From: Tubiluchus corallicola
Lineage: Eukaryota > Animalia > Priapulida
DNA: 64,000 nt
Assembly: GCA_030141605.1 (NCBI GenBank)
Contig: JAQGDQ010000876.1
Location: forward strand, 1 to 64,000
Direction of reading: 5' to 3'
Shown here: in pieces, positions 37,941-49,900 of the stretch
Numbering within the stretch: position 1 is the stretch's first letter
How the letters are laid out: every line of letters starts with the position of its first letter
Notes under the pieces: model-generated
The model's database searches: none
Told to the model about the DNA's origin: nothing
The model's input: only the letters and a program-made list of their open reading frames with translations
Made by a program: the position numbers and the translations under genes

Positions 37941-40900
37941 ATGACAAAATACAATAACAGCAGTGGGGGTGCTAGTGGGGATGATGATGGTTATGTCATC
38001 AGAGCTCGAGGTTTACCCTGGACTTGTGATGCAGAGGAAGTAGTAGACTTTTTTAGAGGTGACATATTCATTTATATTTTCATTTAGTTTTGTTTGTTTA
38101 GTTTTCATTTAGTCAGTGTTTCCCGTTCAACTTTGTATTAATTTGAGTCCCGTTAAGACTTCAGGGGTGCGCAAATTGCGGCCCGCCGAGGGAATTTGTG
38201 CGGCCCACAAAGAGATTTGTCAACCTAATGAAACTGCGGCCTGGGCGATTAATTGAGTGCATCCAGCTGAAGTCCGTGCCACGATCCCAACGATAGTGCG
38301 GGTAGTTTTTTCTACTAGATCGGATGTCATTAACCCTTACAAGATGGTTGTAGCTTAATGTCGCTGTACTACACAGACTGTGTGATACACATTACTAATA
38401 TGCATTGTAATGAAATTACCACTATCTGTCCTGAAAGTAGAAATATATGGTTTGTAATATAAATTTTAATAACTTCTAAAATAGTTTCTTGAGTGCAGTA
38501 GTAATGATGTACCCAGGTCGGATGCAAAAAAAATCGTTATTATGCCTTTCTGTACTTGGCTCCTTGATCAAAAACTGTCTGTGGCCCGCAGGAATTGCGG
38601 GAAAGTTTAATGCGGCCCGGCTAGTCAGATAATTTGCACACCCCTGTGCTAAGTAATCCACCTGATGCATATTAATCACCTACAGTTTTGTTTTCGTTTT
38701 CGTATTGGTGAATGGTCCTTTAAGTTTATGTTTCAAGTTTAGAAAAATAGCAAGATAGAAGACATGCAAAGCACTTATTCAGGATTATTCTTGTCACTCA
38801 ATTAGAAAATATTGTGGCAGACACATCCTTATTTCCAGATAAACAGAAACATCGCATTTAGTTAAAAATGCTAAAAATGTCGAGTTTATATTGCATTTAC
38901 TTTTTCGTACAGAATTTGAATTCTCTAGCAGAACTGTCCATAAACTTGAGGTTAAAGTCTCATAGCTGACCTTCTTGCTAAGTCAAACCTGGAAAATTTC
39001 ATGCCCAAATGCAGAGTATGACATATCTAGTGCTGCCATAACAGTGGATGACAATGAAATTGAAGTTGCAACATGCGATTTGGCCATAAATAGTATTCTG
39101 GACGACTTGTGCCATATTACTGACAGTATTGAATATGTTAAAGTGTTCCCATATTGTTAGCATAGCAGTTTAATGTTAAGAAGTAATTCCCTTCATTAAT
39201 AGTTAATCAATTACAAACAATAAAATTTAAAATAGATTTACTGGCGTGCTGGCCTCCTTTAACATTCCGTACACTCCAAAAATGCAGGAAATGCAGTTTA
39301 CAGATTAGTTGACAGTACTAAATGACTAAGAAGGCTTAGTGTGATATCACTGGTACTGACATGTTCTTCAGGAACCTCGCCAAATCGCTTGTAGTCTAAT
39401 GCGTCAAGTTACGCTTACTGTCTATAAATGGTAAAAGACAGTGTAAAGGCCATGTGAAAACATCAAAATTTTGGACACTTTAAACATGCAGAATTCACCC
39501 TTTTTGTTGTCAAAATTGGCCTCAAAAAATGTTAAATGCAGGCAGTGCTTCAGTTTCTGAGACCCCACTGGGGAACAGAATTCCACCAGGCCTTCTAACA
39601 GCCTAGCTGCTGTGCCTGTGGGTCCCTGTAATTTTTAATCCGACCACTTTGAATGCAGATAATTGTTCACAGGATAAAGTTGCTTGCATCTTTATGGCAA
39701 GGATGATTTGACATATTGTATTAGTCAGTGCAGCAGGGTGTACAATTATTATGAAGTTGATACAGTTAATTAATGAAAATGTTTTGGCTTGAAAGCTTGA
39801 CTCACCTAAAAGGTGGGGCAATTTGGCCCGTTATTTTAGCAAAATACAGAGACACGTTTTATAATTTTTGTCATGTGATCGAGTTACTGTTGGCATGCTC
39901 AAAATTTGTCAAATACAAGAGGTGAAGGATCTTTCTCAGTTGTAAGATGTCTTAAAACTCATTAGCATAGCAGACTAGGAGATGCGTCTCCTAATACATA
40001 ATGCGTTTTAGTATTGATGAACCACACCCAAAAAAGTTTTAAGCTAGAAAAGCTGGCGGACGATTTTTTAGGGAAAAAAATATGAGACCTTGTGGGCCTA
40101 AGAAATGAACCATGAATTCTGAAATGCCAGACCATTTTAATGCTAAAAAAGAAAATTAATACAGATTCCTTGTCATATTTTCCAAAAATAAAAAATTGAA
40201 AGGTTTTTATCTTCTTGAAGTCAGTCTTTATTTTCCTACACATTACATTACACCATTGCTTTCATTATAACACTGTAATGTTGAGCCAGCCATGAAAGCC
40301 ATTAAATTAACGAGGAATTTTTACTTTATTTTAAATATGTTTTTGTTACAGATTCCCGTATAATCGGAGGCAAAAATGGTGTGCATTTCACTTTTACCAA
40401 AGAGGGACGACCAAGTGGCGAATGTTTCGTAGAATTTGACGGTGAAGATGATTATAATAATGCATTGAAGAAACATAATGCGCATATGGGTTCTAGATAT
40501 ATTGAAGGTACTTTACTGCAAACATTATTTAAAGTGTGAAATGCAGATACAAGAGTTAACTTTGTGTAGTGTGATGTGAGTTTACTTGCATTGAAGAAAC
40601 ATAATGCGCATATGGGTTCTAGATATATTGAAGGTACTTTACTGCAAACTTTATTTAATGTGTGAAATGCAGATACAAGAGTTCACTTTGTGTAGTGTAA
40701 TGTACGTTTACTATGTCCTACTTTTTATAATTTTTGGTCGGGTACGAAAACACACCATTCAGACACAAAGCGAGATCAGAGTTAGAAAAAGTACCTTTTT
40801 GATAAATCCTGAGCGGGAGGCCAATGGCTTTTCATTTGGGAAAAAGCAAGTTAAAAGAGGATTTATTGAATTGAAAATGTTGGATTTTTTCAAACTCAAT

Positions 40901-43900
40901 TTTTTTCACTTTTTAACATGAAGCTGTACATAACTTGTAGAAATCATTGAAGGTATAGATGAAGACGGTCCGAACGCCATCAAAATAGAAATCTCGTGTT
41001 TCTTTCCCATGATTTCTTTTTGCATAAAGTTTTTCATCAAAGTCAGTGTTCAGAAATGGTGACAGGTCATAATTTTGTTATGTAGCAAATTCTAGAGATT
41101 GGTTCTATGATCTTGTGCTGGAGATTAACATATAAAATAATCAACTTACTAGACATTCGGTGATGTGGTTCACCATTTTAGCTGAAAATGACTCTTCTTC
41201 AAAATCTGCAAAGTGTATGTTGAATAGTGTTGAATCATGTTGGAATAAATAATATCTTGATCGTAAACAACTTAAGAATAGTGTAAATATAAGAGATTGG
41301 ACTATAAACTCTTCACTTTACAAAATCAAGCGGGAATTCTCATCGTTTTTATAAAATAAATTATTCTAAACAAATGATGAACTGTTGTATGTATTAGAAC
41401 AAATAATTATGACAAATACAAAACTTTATTTTTGGCAAGCCTTTTGCATGTACATACACAATGCAAAATTGATTAATTTATGTACATTTCATATATGCAT
41501 TGTTTAACTATCTAAAAATATTACGGTTTATATTGCTAGATCATTTTTAAAGCATTGCACAAGCATGAGATGTTGCGTCAGGTTGTCAACCATTATGTAA
41601 TGGACTTATTGAAATGTAGCGTAGTTTATTCTTGTGGATCTATAGAAAATTTTTGCTATTTTTAGTATTTAAATCAAAGAGAAGTGAAATGGACTGGGTG
41701 GTAAAAAGAAGTGGTCCCTCCCAGGAAGCCACTGGAGATGCTTGTGTGCGCTTAAGAGGGCTTCCTTTCGGATGCACAAAGGAAGAAATAGCACAATTTT
41801 TTTCAGGTATGTACTAACAAAGCTGTTTATAGTGTCGAACTAAAATTATGTGACAGAAAACTTTTTTTAGAAAACAACTTCAGGGTTGATTATGATTTTT
41901 TCTTTTGCTTTGGTGCAACAAGATTATCATTTCTGCATTGTTAAGTCATCGTAAAATACACGTGTAAAATGTAAAGCTGTAGTTTAGTTTTTAGTCTGCA
42001 ATATTGGTGGTATCTTAGCTGTGTTCTACAACGATGGGAAAATGGATTTGCCATTTTTGTTCAATTTTTTAGTCTTAATTTTTTTTGAAAACCTGTAAAT
42101 TTTTTTAAATATTTATAATTTTTTGTGCTCATCATATTATTTTTGGAACTTTGGATTCACAAAACCATTTGTTTCTGCAAAACCAAAAGTGTCAGTGATA
42201 TTCTACAAAAATCTGTACTTCTAGTTTATTTGTTTTTTCTGCAAAATAGTAATTTTTCTGCTAATTGAAGGGAATTATTCTTGTCTGAAACGAAAAACTG
42301 TTTTATCCCTTGCTAAAAGGGTAGTTTTGCATTTTTTGCATCACTGTGCATTAAGAAGGCATTACCTGAGTTTTTTGATGTGATGCAATAAAGTCTAGTC
42401 ACAGAAATTTTTTAGTTGACAGTTTTGTTGTTCCTGTTTAGTGTAATCATGATGTAATTATTCTACTCACGTTCCTCATCAAAATGCATAGTTCAGATTG
42501 TTGCTTCACCACAGAATCTTCTTGATTTACCCCCGGTTTTCATTTATTCTTTATTATTTGTGCTACAGTCACAGACTCTCACAGGGCACACCCACAGGTC
42601 AAAGGTCATGATGTGGGTTGAGTTTCTTGTTTTTCGTTAGACTGAATTTTTGAGCTAGTAGGACACAGTAGGACTAGGTCGGGGTCGGAATTTTGTACGA
42701 GGCGGAATACGGTTATTTGTGTACGGGAAAAATTTTCGCTAAGGAGCAAAATGCAAATGTGCTTGGCGCGCAAGGGAAGCTGCCTGCCATTGCACAAACT
42801 GCGGTTAGTTTCTGATGTAAGCAATAGCTGTGTTCGGTTGCCGTTAATTAACTTTCTAAGCTAATTGTTCAAATATAAGGAACAATTGTTGACTTTTATA
42901 GGCAAGAAAATGTATATTTTGGACAGTAAATTAAAATGAGATTGAGTCTAAACAATCGTCCGGTCTTCTTTTAAGCGAGTACTAATTCCAGGCTGAATAC
43001 AGCAAATAATGCCTGGGTTCTTGCTCCCTGAACTTGCATGAGCAAAGACTGTTGGGGTGTTGTGTTCCATCACTATTACAGTTAACATACAAACATAGTT
43101 AATAGTAGGGAAAGCTGATCATTTAGTCAGAGCATCAGTAGTTTTGGATCTAAGTGTTCTGGGTTCAAATCCCAATGAAAGCTTTCTGCCGTAATCATTA
43201 GCGTTGAATTAAAATTGGCTTTAATGTGCTATGTTAAAATGTTATTGATAGTGAGGTAATTATTTTGCAACTTTCTGAAACTTGCTGATGACTGGGAAAG
43301 GAAAATAGTCATGCAGTCACGTCGTGTGCTTGATTACGAAGAAAAGCAACACGGGACTTGCTTGATAAGTAGATGGATAACTGGTGACGGGTCATATGTC
43401 AAAAAGTAGACGTGCTGATTTCACTAAAATGCAATTCCTAGGTGACCAAGCGGGGCAAATTCAGTAGAGGCAATAGTATGACCTTCAGAGCAGAATCTTA
43501 CTACAGTTTTTGACTGTGTCAAAGACATTCACTAGTTATTTTTAATTCAGTTCAATGTAAAATCTCCTGCATAAGAAACTGACACGGATATCTCTTTTCC
43601 AGAAATTATACCTAAAAAAGATCTATGTAAAAATGTTATGCTAGGCTTTATTGGAGCTATTGTAGTTGCTTATAAGTTTTCTGTGAGCTTTTGCATTTCA
43701 TTGTGTTAGTGCTAATTGTTCACGTAGCATGCAATTGTTCATTTTCCTCACATTAGATGATATGATCATAATTTCACTCACCTGCACAGCACGGTGATAA
43801 CCAGGGATGAGAATTTTCCGCGGATACGCGGAATTCCGAGCTTTTGGAAGACCAGTAGTGCCATTTTTGTAAATCGCGTAAATTCGTTGAGAAAATTTTT

Positions 43901-46900
43901 ACGGACCCAGTTCCTTATTTCACAAGCTGACCGCTAGATGGCAGGCCGTTACTTTGTTTACATCACGTACATCAGTGTAACCACGTGTAGATCTCTATGT
44001 ATAAAAATATAGAATCAATTGTGTGGAGTTATTTGAGTCAATTGCAGACAGTTTTTATATACTTTTGCATAGGAGCTGCCACTACTTAGGTGTTTTTGAG
44101 ACAATTAGGCATCATGTATCCTTGATAGTTGGGTATTTTAAATTATGCATGAAACAAGGTAATTGATATTTTAACTCCACTTAGAGGCTCTCTATGGTCA
44201 CAAAATTGCTATTTGTTGCTTCGCCTCCCTTGAACCCCCATGGGCCTACTCAGCCCCCAAACCCCCGGCCTGTTTCAGAGTTTTTTGCAATTTGTCATTC
44301 TCATCCCTGGATAAGAAAACAAATATTCAGTTTTGAATAAAATATTGCTGCTCATAAGAGCTGCGAATTTCCGTCTTGTGAAATGCGGCAGAATGGTGTA
44401 ACGTCATCGGCAGTCACTGAAACTTGAGAAGAGTAGTGGTCATCATAGTGGTCATCACGTTTTCATTCCATTTCTCCCGACTGTGTTACTTATATTTGTC
44501 AGACAACAGTGTTGATTGTGATTGTCACATTGTTTAAAACAGTGTTGATTGTGATTGTCACATTGTTTAAAACAGTGTTGATTGTGATTGTCACATTGTT
44601 TAATAGATCTGCTACTTTTGTTTGTAATTTAAATTTCTCTAAACATTGTTTCATCTGGGGTTCGCTGCAGGGTTGGAGATCGTACCAAATGGGATTACTT
44701 TACCGCTCGACTTCCAGGGGAGAACCACCGGGGATGCTTTCGTACAATTTGTCAATCCCACCGTAGCTGAAAAAGCCATGTCGAAGCACAAGGAGAGGAT
44801 TGGGCATAGGTGGGGGCGCCACAAAGCCGATTAGATACAGCCATTTCAATGGACTTTCATACTCTGTTGTCATTATAGTGTGCTGTGTGGTAGTTGTATG
44901 TGTTGGTGATGTGGCCACTGATAGTCACGGTGTACTGATGATGTGTTGCATGAGAAAAAAACAGGATGAAATTAGTTCCTCCCAAAGTTTTGGTAAAATG
45001 CTTGACCATTTTTTAATGTTGTCGTTGTTTTAATAGTGATGGGCGATTTTGAAATTTGTAATTCGATATCACGACTAATCTTTTGCGGCAATTTTCTAGC
45101 GTTTTAGTGATTTTTTTCAAACATTGCAGCATTGAAATAATACCCTATGAACTTCTTCGCGATTTTCGACGCTGTCTGCCATTTTCGTACGCGCAAACTA
45201 TTTTTATGGACGTGTACATTCATAACTATTCAATTACTATGTCAGACACTTCGCGTGAAAATCAGTGAAGACCCGTTTGCAACACTGTGGTTTGCAATTG
45301 CGCGCATTGTGTAAGGTGAGAAGTGCAAGGATTTCGTTTATTTGCGCTAAAACACTGCCTTTTAGTCTGTGTGTAACAAGTATATTTTGCTCTCGATTGA
45401 TCTTGATTAACTGAAATACTGTTCAATAGCAAATTATATTGATTTATACATAGTTGTAATCTCGATTGGTCTTGATTAACTGAATAGTTATAATCTCGAT
45501 TGGTCTTGATTAACTGAAATACTGTTCAATAGCCAATTGTATTGATTTATACATAGTTGTAATCTCTATTAATCGCCCATCACTGTGCTTTTATATACAG
45601 AAAGTAATGAAAAGTAGTAAAGAGATATTTAAGTAGAAACAATTTACTGTCAGGTAAGTTTATTTCACTCATTTGGTAAAGACAATAATTAGATTTTACT
45701 AATTCTGTTTACTATTTGAACATAGTAGATTTTGCTTCCATAACGTACTGTTTGTCACTGTTTTGTGACCAGAAAATTTAGAAAGTTGTTAGCTTTTTTT
45801 AACATGTTTGAAACCCAGATTCCCTAATTTTTTTACACTGTCTGCTGGTACCCCTTCACCCACCATGAGCAAAATAAAGAACCAACACTGATGTAATGTC
45901 ATGAATATTTTTATTATATATGTTATACGTATTGCTCCAATCAAGAGCACTTAATGAGAGTTCAATGAGATCGCTGCTGTTGCATCGCAGAAACTTTTTG
46001 AATTGCTGTTCAATTTTCGACAGACTTTACTCTCATGTCTCCGCAGATGTCAAGGCGGTTTGGGGCTTTTGTCTCGATTGTCACCATCACCGAAAAGCCT
46101 GCTTCACACAGGAAAAATTCACTGAAAGCTTTACAGTGGACAGGGGTCAAGACCTCAACCAATAACCATGAATTGTTGGCACAGTCAGTCAACAGAGATG
46201 TCTGAATCACCCACTGATTATTATATAACACGACTTTCTTAAAATTGTCTAAGAGTCTTCTCATGTGATGTTCGCTAGTACCCCAGGTTGGAAACCAAGG
46301 ATTTAAAGATATGTCTAATAAGCCGTACTTGAAAATGTTTGATGTTGGAAATGTTGTCACGGCGTGATATAAGAGTGCCGATGATTGCATCACTCATGGA
46401 TAAATTAACGTTGTGATACATCGTGGCAAAAGAGGAACTTTATCAGGTTACTGGAGTATAGGTAATTAGGTGTGCTCAGAGTATGGTGGAACCGTTGTGT
46501 GTGTGAATAGTATCAATCGCTTTCATCTTTCTATTGGATTGATGAGCACTGCTCGCGTTTTTTTCGTGAAATGTTTAGTGGTATAGTTTATTGATGATGG
46601 CTGTGTCTAAATTATTTGCTTTGGGCCATAGTCGTCCGTGGGAATGAAGCGGTGAACGGGCTGGCAACGGGTCATTGGTGATGCGATGGAAAGGCTGAGA
46701 GGGATGGTGGGTTGGTAAAACCAAAATGTTGGTTGGTATGGAGCATTTCAGTTACGCAAATTGTTGTACTTGCAGCAGATTTTTTTGTGTGAAACGTACC
46801 TGCAGTTTTTGCATACCTACTTATTCTTTATGCTATAATATTTAAAAAAAGAACGTCTTACTGCCTTTTGAACATATAAGTGCTACAGCTAAACGTTCTT

Positions 46901-49900
46901 TCAGGAACAAGAAACAAAAGCGCAGAATTATGAAAACAATAGAAGCATAAAGCAGTTACTTTTGTTTTTTTTCAACTCAGCGCTAATGTAAAAAGTGATT
47001 TAAATTTGGGCAAAATAAATTTTCTGTCGGAAACTGCGTAATTTCATGCAAAAATATCTTTGCTAAAGTATTTTTAAATCACACTGTTTTTGTAATTTAT
47101 CTGTTTTTAAAATAATAAACGCACCTGGAGTTCTTTCTTGCTGTGCAACAGGTATGTGGATTTAACTGCTTTTAGCAACTCTTACATTTTCTGGTGTTAT
47201 TTTCTTTGTTTATGGGCTTGAAAGATTTTATCAAGCTATTGAGCCAAAAAATAGGCTTTCATTGTGTATATATGGAAAAATATATATGAAAAATATATGT
47301 ATATGTGCATTGTTATCACTGTGCATTGTATCATGTGCATTGTTATCACTGAAAGTTTTATATCCTGCTGTCTAATTGGAAATAAAAAGTATCTATATCT
47401 GTTGTTATCAGTAGTGGTAGTAATATTTATTGACTGCCATAAATAAACTGTCTTGACAGTGCATAACAACGACAAGAGCATTAACAGAACTGGATGATTG
47501 TCCGGAATTTTCCCATTAATCTGCAGTAACAACGTGAACAATGACTACAAAAACATTTACGTAGTACCTTAGACTTTAGTCCTTCCCATGCATGGATGCA
47601 CATTGGGCAGACAGCATTTTCCACTGTGTTCTATCGGCAGCTTCTCTTTCGATGTTCTCCCAACGTCTGTTCATAGCCCGAAGGTCTTCTTTGAAAGATC
47701 TGCGCCACGTTGTTTTTGGCCGACCTCTTTTCCTTTTTCCACCAGGTGGTTGCCAGCGTAACGCTATTTTGGAGTGGCGCTGTTCTGGTAGGCGTAGAAT
47801 ATGTCCAGCCAATCTCAGCTTTCTCTCTGCGACTATTTCCTGCAACCGCCTTGACTGCACCTGCTGTAGGACTTCCACATTGGTAACATGGGAAATCAGT
47901 GTACGTAGTACGCAACATAGTTATTATTTTTAACTGTTAATATAATGCCACGCTTGTCGATATAATTAATAAGCCGAACTTATGCACGGTGGTAGTTGGC
48001 AAGACAGAAACTTGGCCGTATTAACAAGGTAAGTTCACATTCTTACTTACCTTAATATGTGTAAGTATTTGGGTGTGGTCGGGCACAAAACAACAGGGAG
48101 GAGGATGGGAGAGCTGGCAGGGATGTGCAGTTTGAAAGGGGAAAAGGTTGCATCGGTACAGGTGGGTGGGTGCTCACGGCTTATTTCTATTTTGTGTTAC
48201 TCACCCTTCACAATTAATCTTCATTGTTGGAACTTTGCCAGTTTTTTTAATTTTGTTCACTGTACTGATACTAAAAAGTAAGAAGTAGAGCATTAAAATG
48301 CTTAGAAGATTGAGCGAGATAATTTAAATATGTTATAGCTCACTTAGGTGTCAGAAAAACTCCTTTTTACATTTCTGTATTTAAAAAAGTCTGATAAAAT
48401 CGTCTGAATTTTTACCTGATTTTACGACGTTGAGGTTTGTACTAATTTTAACACTTTTTAACAGGTACATAGAGATTTTCAAAAGCAGCCTGGTAGAAGT
48501 GGAAAATGCTGTCGGTTTCGGAGGCGGAAAGATGAGGAGCCTCTTATCCGGTCTGAACAATTTGCGACCGGGACCATACGACAGACTGGGAGGAAGCGGA
48601 GGGGGTGGCGGACGTTTTGGTGGCGGAGGTGTAAGAGGAAACAGGTTTGGCGGTAAGTTTAGGTCAAGCACCCCTTTTTACTTTTGTATCCTAGACTAAG
48701 CTTATGTCTTAGCAGAGCAAAGTCAGTTCATATTTGTAATTAATTGACATTTTTAGATTTTTGCACGAAAATTATTAACACAGCAAGAAACTAGTCAATT
48801 TATTTATTTATTTATTTATTTATTTATTGATGCAATTATCAACAGTTATCTACACACTTTATGTAATTTGTTGGAGTTGTGTCATAAATAGTATATTGAG
48901 ATAAACAAACTTGAATTGAATTGAATTGTTATTTAACAATGTTAAAATTTCAATTTTTATCCCGTACATTGTACAACATTAGTTGAATATAAATTAACCT
49001 AAACGTTTTAGAATATTTGCCTTGTGCAATATCCTTGTTTAAAATTCACTTTAATCATTTTCTAGGATTTCTTTTCTAAGTCGTCTGTGCATCTTTTTCC
49101 GAATTGCAGTTTTCACCATTCACTGTTTTCACTAGGTGGACTAAGCTTTTACGATGACGACTTTGATTTTGGCGGAGGTGGCGGGGGAGGGGGCGGCGGT
49201 CGATACGGCGGACGTGGCAGTGGTGGCAGCGGCGGCGGTGGGGGCGGCGGTAGTGGCAGAATGGGAGGAAGTCGTTCGGGTCGAGGTAGCAGTTTTGGAG
49301 GTGGACGCGGAATGGCCAACACTCAATTTCCAGAATTTGTGAGTCAGACGGGTCATAGCGTTCACATGCGAGGCTTGCCATTTAAAGCTACACAACAGGA
49401 TGTCATACAGGTACAATGGTAGATCTTGTAATAATATTCTTTTATTTTAGTACTATATTTTGTACTCACATAGTTCTGTTGAAATAGTGAGCCAAACAAA
49501 TTAAAACCTATGTTAATGACAGAAGACTTCCTTTCTGGCAGTGAGAAAGGCTAAATTGTCAGAATCATTGTTAAGTACAAGTATGTCAAAATGTTTCGTA
49601 TTTTTCTTTAGACCAATTAAACTGACTAATTTGTGTTTTATACAGCAGGTAAACAAAATAACATGTATATAAATTAGATAAAGAAAATAATATGTATAGT
49701 AGTCGCCGCTTACTAGACTCACTTTGGGACCGACGTGTTTTGACCCAATTAACCGATTGAACCTATTAACCGATAGGTGTTGTATTACTGCTATAGAAGT
49801 ATGAGTCGTCAGTTTATTATGCACTGCAAAGGTTTTTAGTCAATTTTAGAAATGAAGTAATGCCTAAATTCCTTTGTGTAGTTAAAAATTAGGAAAAAAA

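Noticed and set aside
43285-43330. CTGATGA motifs here and at about 55726 and 56274 as hammerhead or C/D snoRNA cores
   Set aside because: No stem II plus GAAA, and no convincing terminal stem or box D partner was found.
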